This document shows positions 44,609 to 53,367 of a stretch of 64,000 nt of DNA, piece after piece. Source of the stretch: Candidatus Woesearchaeota archaeon (GTDB taxonomy: Archaea; Nanobdellota; Nanobdellia; SCGC-AAA011-G17; JAGVXY01); contig JAGVXY010000009.1 in NCBI GenBank assembly GCA_018303545.1, positions 24,350-88,349 on the forward strand, written 5' to 3'. The translations under genes were made by a program, and so were the position numbers. The notes beneath the pieces were generated by a model that was not told the DNA's origin, did no database searches, and saw only the letters and a list, made by a program, of their open reading frames with translations. Every line of letters begins with the position of its first letter. Position 1 is the first letter of the stretch.

Positions 44609-45502
44609 ATGGTGAGCGTAAAGAAAAGGATTATAGGAAACAGGGAATATTACTATTTGGAGCACTCTTTCAGAGAAGGGAGCCTCATAAAAAAGAAAGA
44701 GCTGTACTTAGGTGCAAAAGTTCCAGGAAATATTGAAAATATAAAGAAAAGCTTTATCGATGAAATCGACAGAGAAAAATGGTACAAGGTTCTTGACTAT
44801 ATTAAACAGGAATTTTCTAAAGAAGCAAATGCAACTCCTGCCTCAGATAAGCTTAAAGAGATGGAATCATTCATGATTAAATTCACCTATGACACTCAGA
44901 GGATAGAGGGATCAAAGCTGACATTGAGAGAAACCGCAAATCTTCTTGATAAGGGAATAGGTCCAAAAGAAAAGCCAGTAAGGGACGCAAAAGAAGCCGA
45001 GGCTCATAAAAAAGTATTTTATGAGATGCTGAATTGCAAGAAAAATCTAACTATGAGTCTAATTTTGCATTGGCACAGGGAATTATTCATCAGTACCAAG
45101 CAAGATATTGCTGGCAAGATTCGTGCTCATGGTGTATCAATCTCTGGCAGTAGATTCACTCCTCCTTTTCCCTCAGAGATAAACTCGTTATTGGATGAAT
45201 TTTTCAGATGGTATAATAATAGCAAGTATAAGATGCACCCAGTTGAATTATCTGCGATGGTTCATTTAAAATTTGTTACTATACACCCTTTTGGTGATGG
45301 AAATGGGAGAATTTCTCGGCTTATGATGAATTTTATACTGCATAAATTCAATTATCCCCTTCTCGATATCACTTATGAAAACAGAGCCAGTTATTATAAT
45401 GCACTTGAAAGATCGCAGAGAAAAAATAATGAACGCATATTTGCCCAATGGTTCATTAAAAGGTATATAAAAGAAAATAAGAAATATTTGAAATCATATT
45501 AA
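44609..45502 (+). CDS. Fic family protein (class II, auto-inhibited adenylyltransferase-like)
   Basis: Fic motif HPFGDGNGRISR, with the inhibitory motif TQRIEG ([S/T]xxxE[G/N]) N-terminal to it. Confidence 0.85.
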   Translation: MVSVKKRIIGNREYYYLEHSFREGSLIKKKELYLGAKVPGNIENIKKSFIDEIDREKWYKVLDYIKQEFSKEANATPASDKLKEMESFMIKFTYDTQRIEGSKLTLRETANLLDKGIGPKEKPVRDAKEAEAHKKVFYEMLNCKKNLTMSLILHWHRELFISTKQDIAGKIRAHGVSISGSRFTPPFPSEINSLLDEFFRWYNNSKYKMHPVELSAMVHLKFVTIHPFGDGNGRISRLMMNFILHKFNYPLLDITYENRASYYNALERSQRKNNERIFAQWFIKRYIKENKKYLKSY

Positions 45503-45527
45503 CTTGCAGGAGATTCAATATCTTTTT

Positions 45528-46052
45528 TCATTCTGTTGAATAGACCTCCAGTTTTCCTATATAATACGTATCCTCAGAAGGTAAATATAATGATAAAGGT
45601 GTCGAGACAACGGTCGTAGTTTTCTTGCCTTCATCATAAAGAGTATACACTCCGCAATTATCCGGCCATTCCATTTTATTTACCATTTTTGCATCACATT
45701 CTACATCACTTTGTATAGGGTAAACCATCCTCACAACAACTTTGAACCCGGTAAATAAAGGCATATATTTTGATTTCTCCTTCATTACTTTCTCTTTGAA
45801 TGCAAATAATTTAAGCATATCAACGCAATTATCTGGACTCTCATATTTGCTGCACACAATCTCAGGCATTGAAGGCACAAAAGCCAATAAAACTGTTCTC
45901 TCAGTATTGGCGAATTCATCTTGTGTTTCTTCTATGCTTGTATGCTGCGCAGTAAAATAAAGATAAATTCCTAAAAATAGTAATACAAAGAAGACTACCA
46001 AAACAGAAATAGTTTCCATCATCTGAATCTGCCCTTTAGAAAAGCGGAACAC
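45528..46052 (-). CDS. Pilin-like protein with class III signal peptide (FSKG|QIQMMETISVLVVFF)
   Basis: KG-Q cleavage-type motif, Glu at +5, long hydrophobic helix. Third gene of a tight operon. Confidence 0.5.
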   Translation of the reverse strand: MFRFSKGQIQMMETISVLVVFFVLLFLGIYLYFTAQHTSIEETQDEFANTERTVLLAFVPSMPEIVCSKYESPDNCVDMLKLFAFKEKVMKEKSKYMPLFTGFKVVVRMVYPIQSDVECDAKMVNKMEWPDNCGVYTLYDEGKKTTTVVSTPLSLYLPSEDTYYIGKLEVYSTE

Positions 46053-46965
46053 AGCCAGACCCCCTTAAATTTGAATTTTCATCAGCTAAATTTTGTCTGA
46101 AATTCTCAAAACCCGAAGCAGAATTAGATTTATAGAACAGCCCTAAGGTTCTGCTCATCAAAGCATATCCGCAGTTTGGATCCTGCACTTTCTGTGATAA
46201 AAAATTAGATTTCCTTATGTAAATATCAGAAACTAGCTGCAGTTGTTCTAAGGCCTTGTCTTTCATGCAGTCATAGTTTCCTTTAGAATCCGACATTATC
46301 GCTCCAAGCATCATCTCATAGCCTATATAATATGAGCTCCCGTCATTAAAAGTTACAATTCCTGATTCCTTGCCGTCAATTTCAATAATCTCCCCATACT
46401 GCCTCAATGTATTATCCACAGGTTTATTGATAAAAACAAATTTTAATATTTTAGATGATTTCTCCGCATTTAAAATATTTTTAGAAGGCGTTGAAAAATT
46501 TAAGAAATCGATAAATGTTTTCTCATCACCAGAAATAAGTTCTAACTTAGTTTCATCATCAGCTATTACATAAATTTTATTTTTAGAATCTTTCAGATAA
46601 AATATATTCGCAATCCAAAAAGGATATTCCCAGCGCTTGCTCCATATGAAAAGTTTATTCCCTTGCATTTCTCTAGGCCCGAAAATTATTAAATTTACAG
46701 TCTGCGGATTCATATCCTCAACAGTTAATTTATTGCAGTTAAGATAAACATTTGAAGTTCTTGGCAAGTCTATTGTATCTTTTTGATTGTTAGCGTACCC
46801 CATTGCCAAAACTTTGTCATAAAGCATATTCTGAATTTGAAAGGAAACTTTTGCTCCCCCAAGATCAATCATCCCCGAAGCAAAGAAGATAAAAAACGCA
46901 AGTATCACCACACCGACGATAGAGACAAAAATCCAGGTCAGTGAATTTTCTATCTGCCCTTTCAT
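46036..46965 (-). CDS. Pilin-like protein with class III signal peptide (MKG|QIENSLTWIFVSIVGVV)
   Basis: KG-Q motif. ATGA overlap with the upstream gene. 309 aa. Confidence 0.5.
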   Translation of the reverse strand: MKGQIENSLTWIFVSIVGVVILAFFIFFASGMIDLGGAKVSFQIQNMLYDKVLAMGYANNQKDTIDLPRTSNVYLNCNKLTVEDMNPQTVNLIIFGPREMQGNKLFIWSKRWEYPFWIANIFYLKDSKNKIYVIADDETKLELISGDEKTFIDFLNFSTPSKNILNAEKSSKILKFVFINKPVDNTLRQYGEIIEIDGKESGIVTFNDGSSYYIGYEMMLGAIMSDSKGNYDCMKDKALEQLQLVSDIYIRKSNFLSQKVQDPNCGYALMSRTLGLFYKSNSASGFENFRQNLADENSNLRGSGCVPLF

Positions 46966-47444
46966 GGTGATTTTACTTCCACTATTGCACCCTTAGATTC
47001 CAAATCGTAACTCTTGCCATTTTCAAAGCATAATGGGTTAATAGCTTCATTATTTCTTAAATTAGAAACAGCAAACATAAGATCACAATCCTCTGTTTCC
47101 ATAGGCAGATAATACACATTCTTTCTTCCGTTTTGTATTACTGTTTTATATTCTTGCACAAGGTAATGGTTGTTATTTATTGGATTTTCAGAATTATAGA
47201 AGCATATCATATTCACTTTAGATGTTAATGAAGTCTTATAGCCTTGTCTTGATCCAGTATCCATTCTAAGCATTGATTTGACATCATTGTCTAATTTATT
47301 GTTGAAATCCTGTATTTTTACGCATTCGGCAAACTGCAGATATTTTACTATCTGTGATCCGCCCCATAAAAGAATCATCCCCGCAACAATAATTGCAAAG
47401 ATATACACCAACGGCATTCCAAGAAGCTGTCCTCTTTTTTTCAT
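46962..47444 (-). CDS. Pilin-like protein with class III signal peptide (MKKRG|QLLGMPLVYIFAIIV)
   Basis: KRG-Q motif. First gene of the three-gene operon. Confidence 0.5.
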   Translation of the reverse strand: MKKRGQLLGMPLVYIFAIIVAGMILLWGGSQIVKYLQFAECVKIQDFNNKLDNDVKSMLRMDTGSRQGYKTSLTSKVNMICFYNSENPINNNHYLVQEYKTVIQNGRKNVYYLPMETEDCDLMFAVSNLRNNEAINPLCFENGKSYDLESKGAIVEVKSP

Positions 47445-47505
47445 AGAATAAGTAAATATCTCTGAAATTTATAAAACTAATTGTTTTGTGCTTTTAGAAT
47501 AAGTC

Positions 47506-47757
47506 TTAGACTTCAAAAGATTCTTTTTTTGCATCAAGTTTCAAAAGAGCATCAATAACATCCTGTTTCTTTGCGACTTTTCGGCCCTGAATCTGCATCT
47601 CATACTTTAGAAGCAAAGCAATCTTTTCGGCAATTTCCACAAACTTGGCGTCAATCTGCTCCATCGCTTCATTATTAATTTTGACACTCTTGCTTTTGAA
47701 TAAATTGCAAAGTTTGTTTCTTTTTAATATGTTAATTGTTTCTATATTTTTTTTCAT
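47506..47757 (-). CDS. Histone-fold DNA-binding protein (archaeal histone-like)
   Basis: AMEQIDAKFVEIAEKIALLLKYEMQIQGRKVAKKQDVIDAL, compared with the archaeal histone ...AxxHAGRKTVKxEDIxLA pattern. Confidence 0.5.
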   Translation of the reverse strand: MKKNIETINILKRNKLCNLFKSKSVKINNEAMEQIDAKFVEIAEKIALLLKYEMQIQGRKVAKKQDVIDALLKLDAKKESFEV

Positions 47758-47763
47758 TTTTTA

Positions 47764-48303
47764 TTAATGCATTAATAAATAGTTTTTCTTGTATTTTGCG
47801 CCGAACTTCAAAAATAAATCTTCAAACAATTTTTCATTTTCAGCAGGCATGAAGAATACCTGCCGCGTCAGCCACTCGCCGTTGTATCGTTCCACCAAAG
47901 AATCTTTTCCCCTCAGGATATTAACTAGCCTTACTTTATCGCTTGCAGAAAGCCCATTCAGTTCATAAAAGAACATTAGTTTTGCGGAAAATTTAAAAAC
48001 TTCTGAAAAAGGCTTATTATGCCTCAGGCTGTACCCTTCTCTAAGCAGAGTATTTATGAGGGAAACTGGTTTGATAAAAAAATCATTAATCGAAATGATG
48101 CTTATATGCGCGCCCTCCAGCTCAATTTTGATTTCTTTTTTGCATATTACTGCGGCATCTATATCATCAGGGTTTATTTTTCCCTTTGCAGCAGATCCAA
48201 ATATTACAACATCAAGTACTGATTCATTTTTCAGAATATTTTTCAGGTCATTTATTAATGGAGTTTTTAAGTTCATATGCATATTTCCTCGCTTCAGCAA
48301 CAT
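47764..48303 (-). CDS. Minimal nucleotidyltransferase (MNT) domain protein
   Basis: VVIFGSAAKGKINPDDIDAAVI. Overlaps the upstream HEPN gene by 56 bp. Confidence 0.75.
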   Translation of the reverse strand: MLLKRGNMHMNLKTPLINDLKNILKNESVLDVVIFGSAAKGKINPDDIDAAVICKKEIKIELEGAHISIISINDFFIKPVSLINTLLREGYSLRHNKPFSEVFKFSAKLMFFYELNGLSASDKVRLVNILRGKDSLVERYNGEWLTRQVFFMPAENEKLFEDLFLKFGAKYKKNYLLMH

Positions 48304-48595
48304 CTTTTAATCCAAGCCGGAGATTATAGGTTTTGACATAAGTCTTGAATAATTTTGAGGCATTAGTATACACTTCAGGAAAATATTTCATGAGTAAAGA
48401 AAATCTTTCATTATGATTCTTGGGAAGAATCTTTATCTGGATATAAATACGATAGTCGCACAAGATAACTATCGCTTTAAAAAAGTCAGAGATTGCGGCA
48501 TTGAATCTTTTTTTCGTGAGATTATCCTCGCCAGAATCTAAAAATTCATTTGCATTTTTCAAAAGCTCTTCCATTAATACATTAATAATTATCAT
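48248..48595 (-). CDS. HEPN domain protein
   Basis: RFNAAISDFFKAIVILCDYRI helical HEPN core, 115 aa. Cognate of the downstream MNT. Confidence 0.65.
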   Translation of the reverse strand: MIIINVLMEELLKNANEFLDSGEDNLTKKRFNAAISDFFKAIVILCDYRIYIQIKILPKNHNERFSLLMKYFPEVYTNASKLFKTYVKTYNLRLGLKDVAEARKYAYELKNSINK

Positions 48596-48616
48596 AGATT
48601 TATAAGCTTTTCGTTA

Positions 48617-48628
48617 ATGCATTAATTT
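48617..48628. promoter_or_regulatory. Palindrome TTAATGCATTAA in the divergent promoter region between the HEPN-MNT operon and the wHTH-MNT gene
   Basis: Seen directly. A candidate operator, not verified. Confidence 0.3.
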
Positions 48629-48721
48629 AATAAGTTAATTTGGTTCAATTAAAGATTAAAATTAAACCAAAAAGCTTTTAAATGTATAATAAAATATACA
48701 ATTGTATAAAATAAAAGACAG

Positions 48722-49252
48722 ATGTATAAAAAAATAGATGCAAAAAATCAGGTTTTGAAGGTATTGTTTGAAAATCCAACTTACAGATACCATATTCGAG
48801 AGTTAGCCTCCGTTTCTAGACTAAATCCTAATACCATAATAAATGTTGCCATTTTGTTAGAAAAAGAAAATTTAATCCAAATTATCAAAAAAAAGCATGT
48901 AACAGAAATATATGCCAATCTAGAAAGCAAGGAATTCATAAGAAAAAAGAGATTGTTCAATATTGCTCAGCTTTATGATTCAGGACTGGTTGATTTTATT
49001 GATAGTAAATATTTTCCTAAGGTTATCAGTGTTATTGGCAGTTACAGTTCAGGAGAAGATATTGAAAAAAGTGATATTGATCTAATTGTTATAAATAATA
49101 CAGATAAAAAAATTATTGATCTTTCGCAGTTTGAGAAGAAATTATCAAGAAATATTCATTTAATCTTGACAGACTACCGAAATATTTCCGAAGAATTCTA
49201 CGCAAGTTTGATAAACGGGGTTATTCTTTCAGGTTTTCTTGATAAAAGGTGA
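48722..49252 (+). CDS. wHTH-fused minimal nucleotidyltransferase (third of three)
   Basis: ISVIGSYSSGEDIEKSDIDLIVI, N-terminal wHTH, C-terminal SLINGVILSG. Confidence 0.75.
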   Translation: MYKKIDAKNQVLKVLFENPTYRYHIRELASVSRLNPNTIINVAILLEKENLIQIIKKKHVTEIYANLESKEFIRKKRLFNIAQLYDSGLVDFIDSKYFPKVISVIGSYSSGEDIEKSDIDLIVINNTDKKIIDLSQFEKKLSRNIHLILTDYRNISEEFYASLINGVILSGFLDKR

Positions 49253-49336
49253 AACCATTTAAATATTTCCTTCAAATAAGTGAAGTCAAAAGAAAATAGA
49301 AAAAATAATAGTTAATATTAATTAAAAAAAAGAAAT

Positions 49337-52300
49337 TTACCTGTATGTTTTTACGCGGTATATTACCCAGGCAATTGCTAAGAGTATCAGCAAGATAAGC
49401 AGTATGATTAAGCTTACCTTAGTCCCTGTTCCAATTACCGCACCAGTAATCTGATTTCCTGCATCAGAGATGGCTTCACTATTTAATGCATCAATATCCT
49501 TAGTTTCCTCTGTGTTCGTTGGAATAATCACTGGTTCAGATATTGCAGGTACTATTACAGCAGGCACAGGCACAACAATACTGCTGCCCCCACTGCCGCC
49601 TCCCCCTCCACCGCCGCCAGGCGCCACGTAAGGCGCTGATCCAAATGCCCCAAATAAACTAAAGTGGGTCACATTTGCCCATACATAATCATTTATTGTA
49701 TCTATTCCCTGGTTAGGTTCCAACTGCCAATTTCCTAGAGTTTCATTGAAATAATATATTCTCAATGTATTCTCATCTATCCCTAAGGCATCTAATTCAG
49801 ACTGGTTGTAATAGATTTTTATTAAAGCCCATTCTAATGCCCCTTCTGTGTTTGTATCAATCTCAACATTGATACCTTTCAGATAAGTTAGTCCAGCTGT
49901 TGCCCCAGAAGGATCAACATCTGCGCCAGCAATAGTTACTGTTGATGTTACACTGCTATTTAGATAGAATGTAATATTTGTATCTGCTCCAGGTGCTTCA
50001 ATCTCTGTCATATTATAGGCATCAATCATAGTCTGCAATTGTTCAATTGAAGTCACATTTCCATTCAAATTTATTTCGGGATTATTATCCAAGATGATTG
50101 TGCAGCTTACAAGTTCCAAGACTCCGCCATCAAAAATTATGCCCTGACCATCTGTATCAATGGAAATATTGTTGTTTATGCATTTTGCATTGCCATCAAT
50201 CATCCAATAAACATACATAGGCCTATTATCATAGATACCCCACGCCCCATTGTTATCAAACACACCGTTAGTCAAATGGGCGATAGAATTGCCATCGACA
50301 TACAATCCTGTATTTGCTGGAGGTAGGCAAACATCCATAACACTATCATCATTCGCATTAAATGTAGGATTAATGATAGTCTCTTCAGATGAAACTAGTC
50401 TCATACCCTCACAGTTATATTCTGCTAAGTTATTTTCAAATATATTGCCATTTGAATCAGCGGAGAATATTCCTATTTCATTGTATCGAACTGTATTCTC
50501 ATAGATATTATTGCCTGTTGAACTTCCAATATCAAGGCCATTTCCTATGCCCCCAATGGCAGTTCTTGTATCAAACAAATCACCTGTGTTATTTGCAATA
50601 GTATTGCTGTAGACCTGATTGTTATCGGAATTCGAGAGTCTTATTCCTGCATATAAATTGCCAGTAACTGTATTATCATAAATGACATTCTCTGCAGAAT
50701 ACTTGATATTTATTCCGACTTTTGCATCACGGACCACATTGCCTGAGATTGTGTTGTTATCTGAATTCAGCCTTACATCAATATTGTGCTGGAAAGTACC
50801 TTGTCCATTATTGTTGTGCACATAGTTGTCCAAAATCTGATTATTACTGGACTCCTTCAAATAAATTCCTCTGTCAAAACCCGAAATGGCACAATTCTTA
50901 ACCATAATATCGGATCTGCCTGCAACATAAATCCCATTGCCAGAATCACCGGTAATCGAATGTTTATTGCAGTTCAAGGCAATGTCATCTGCACCAATAT
51001 TTAATCCATTTATTGTTGCACCCTTTCCAGGTAATCTACAGTCAATATCTTTCTCCAATGTCAAATCTTCTTTGATTGTATCTCCGCACTGAACATTGCT
51101 TCCGTCAATAAGATTAACAATGAAAGTATGGCTTGAATCTTCAATTATTGAATTTCCTGCAAGGTCTTCTGCTCCACTTACAGTAATTGTTTCAGTTGTT
51201 AGATCAACTCTTGGCAAAGAATAAACAAAACAGAATGTTTCTGAAAGTTTATCTCTGCAATCATCAACAGTTTGAGCTCCGCCGTCAGGGCTTACTGTGA
51301 TAGCAGGAATATTAGTTATATATTCGCTGAATATTACTCTAATTTCTGGTTGTGAATCCTTATCATATATTACTCCATCAGAGCTTACAGAAACAATAGT
51401 AGGAATTACGGTATCAACAGTGAACCCTGAAACATCAAGGTGCCCAGAATTTCCGGCATTATCTGTAAGTACCAGTGCACAATCCAAATATATGTCATCT
51501 CCTAACGTATTAAAGGTAATAGTCTGTGTTCCTGCAGTATACTCTTGTTCAATTGAGGTGCATGCACCATTAAATTGTAAAAGACCTGCCTCATCTGTGT
51601 TAAAAGTATAATCTGGGGTATTGTCATTGGTATTTACTGGCACAGGAATTATTTCTGTTAAAACCGGTGCAGTATTATCTACAATTACATTTACCTTATT
51701 AGATGAAAAAACATTTCCGGTATTATCATAAGCTTCAACCCATAAGCTATAGGGGCCATCAGCAACAGAAGTTGTATCCCATTCAATGGAATATAAACCA
51801 TTTAAGTCACTATAAATTCCACGGCCTATGAATACATTTGAACCGCCATTCACAAACCAAAAATTAACATAATCGATTTTACTGGCTTTGTCATTAGCAT
51901 CCGCATTGATAGTAATTAGTTTGTTTAAATATTTATTTTCTTCCGGAAAAATTATAGTTGCAACTGGTGCAGTATTATCTAATCTTACATCAATTAATTT
52001 TTCAGGTGTTTCAATATTTCCAGCATTATCAACGGAATAATAAGAAATTGCATAAGTGCCCTCGTCACTTATGGAGATGGAATTTCCAACGATGGGTTTG
52101 GAATCATCAATGGAATAATATGTATTACTGCAACCACTGCCACCAATGCCATCATCACAAGTTAAGGTAATTGTAAATGGATTATTTTGCCAACCACTGG
52201 GAGCGTCATCCGTGGTAGCTGGAGCTGTAACATCTCCTACAACCATCGCACTGCCTCCGCTAACACTAAAAATAATCATAGCTATTAATAAGACTGAAAT

Positions 52301-52381
52301 AAAAATTGATCTTCTATTGTTTGTCATAATCTTCGTCCCCCAACATTTCATTTGATATAATTTTTTCGAAAGCGTAAACAT
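49337..52381 (-). CDS. Giant (1014 aa) surface protein with right-handed parallel beta-helix repeats, Gly-rich stalk and C-terminal TM anchor
   Basis: Signal/TM N-terminus. PbH1-type repeats (NNNGQGTFQHNIDVRLNSDNNTISGNVVRDAKVGINIKYSAENVIYDNTVTGN...). GGGGGGGGSGGSS stalk, then IILLILLILLAIAWVIY followed by RVKTYR. Confidence 0.65.
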   Translation of the reverse strand: MFTLSKKLYQMKCWGTKIMTNNRRSIFISVLLIAMIIFSVSGGSAMVVGDVTAPATTDDAPSGWQNNPFTITLTCDDGIGGSGCSNTYYSIDDSKPIVGNSISISDEGTYAISYYSVDNAGNIETPEKLIDVRLDNTAPVATIIFPEENKYLNKLITINADANDKASKIDYVNFWFVNGGSNVFIGRGIYSDLNGLYSIEWDTTSVADGPYSLWVEAYDNTGNVFSSNKVNVIVDNTAPVLTEIIPVPVNTNDNTPDYTFNTDEAGLLQFNGACTSIEQEYTAGTQTITFNTLGDDIYLDCALVLTDNAGNSGHLDVSGFTVDTVIPTIVSVSSDGVIYDKDSQPEIRVIFSEYITNIPAITVSPDGGAQTVDDCRDKLSETFCFVYSLPRVDLTTETITVSGAEDLAGNSIIEDSSHTFIVNLIDGSNVQCGDTIKEDLTLEKDIDCRLPGKGATINGLNIGADDIALNCNKHSITGDSGNGIYVAGRSDIMVKNCAISGFDRGIYLKESSNNQILDNYVHNNNGQGTFQHNIDVRLNSDNNTISGNVVRDAKVGINIKYSAENVIYDNTVTGNLYAGIRLSNSDNNQVYSNTIANNTGDLFDTRTAIGGIGNGLDIGSSTGNNIYENTVRYNEIGIFSADSNGNIFENNLAEYNCEGMRLVSSEETIINPTFNANDDSVMDVCLPPANTGLYVDGNSIAHLTNGVFDNNGAWGIYDNRPMYVYWMIDGNAKCINNNISIDTDGQGIIFDGGVLELVSCTIILDNNPEINLNGNVTSIEQLQTMIDAYNMTEIEAPGADTNITFYLNSSVTSTVTIAGADVDPSGATAGLTYLKGINVEIDTNTEGALEWALIKIYYNQSELDALGIDENTLRIYYFNETLGNWQLEPNQGIDTINDYVWANVTHFSLFGAFGSAPYVAPGGGGGGGGSGGSSIVVPVPAVIVPAISEPVIIPTNTEETKDIDALNSEAISDAGNQITGAVIGTGTKVSLIILLILLILLAIAWVIYRVKTYR

Positions 52382-52523
52382 TAAATTCGCTCGAACGCAT
52401 ATTAATTTCAGATGAAAATAGGGTGCACCTTAATAAAGTTTTGTATTTATGTTGACTTTACACTAATAACAATAATTTAATACTAAAAATAACCCCTCTA
52501 AAAGAACAAATAAAAAAATAAAT

Positions 52524-53258
52524 TTAATTTAAATTCACACTAAAAGCAACAGGCGCAACAGTCTGAGATTCAGTTGTTATCAAAGATGAAATTTGATCAT
52601 CAGCAATCTCACCGACAAATTTGTATTTACCAATATATTTGTCATACAAATAAACGCCCATCAATCCAGTAGTCTGGCTGTCTTTAGTTATGAATACAGA
52701 TCTTGTGCTCAAAACACCAAAAGGACCATCAAGCTTATTTCCATCAAGTTTCAAAACTTCATAAGGAACAGTATTCTTTGAATAGACAGAAATATACAGC
52801 GCTTCTTGGCCTTCATTGTATTTTGGTGCAATTACTCTGTCTCTTGCATAAGCCATGCCCATTTTTGTTGAAAGCACAACTCTCTCTCCAGGTAAGCCCC
52901 CATTTTTCTTAAGATTGATCAAAACTTCATCTTTAAGCGAATAGCCGTTCTTTCCTGCAGGATTCAATATATGATCCAATTTATCAGTAAAATCAGGAAG
53001 GTACACAGCAACTTTTGACCAGCTTATGTCTTTGCCATTAAGTATAATTTCATCATGCTCAACAGCAGCATTTCTCATGCCAAGTCCAATCAAAAGATTA
53101 TCTGAAAGGCCCCAGTTTGTCTTTATATTGTCTGAGTATATCTGCATCTCAAGTCCAAAAGTTGAGTTATCAACTTTGGCATCAGAAAATGGAGCAAAAG
53201 CAGAAATAACCAGCACAATTGCGGCTAATATTGTTAGTTTAATATTAAAGGTTTTCAT
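52524..53258 (-). CDS. Secreted hypothetical protein (signal peptide)
   Basis: MKTFNIKLTILAAIVLVISAFAPFSDA signal. Same strand as the giant-protein cluster. Confidence 0.4.
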   Translation of the reverse strand: MKTFNIKLTILAAIVLVISAFAPFSDAKVDNSTFGLEMQIYSDNIKTNWGLSDNLLIGLGMRNAAVEHDEIILNGKDISWSKVAVYLPDFTDKLDHILNPAGKNGYSLKDEVLINLKKNGGLPGERVVLSTKMGMAYARDRVIAPKYNEGQEALYISVYSKNTVPYEVLKLDGNKLDGPFGVLSTRSVFITKDSQTTGLMGVYLYDKYIGKYKFVGEIADDQISSLITTESQTVAPVAFSVNLN

Positions 53259-53367
53259 GGGGTTGGATATTAAGTCCTATTTAAATACTTTATGGTAGTT
53301 ACAATCAGTAATTCAGGTTTAAGGCAGAAATGAAGTTATCCATAGTTAAAAACTAAATTAAAAAAAT

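Noticed and set aside
47765-48586. Additional TTAATGCATTAA and TTAATACATTAA palindromes at 47765 and 48574 as operators
   Set aside because: Both lie within coding sequence. One encodes LMH-stop of the MNT gene and the other encodes INVLM of the HEPN gene. They are likely coincidental in AT-rich DNA. Only the intergenic copy at 48617 is retained as a weak candidate.
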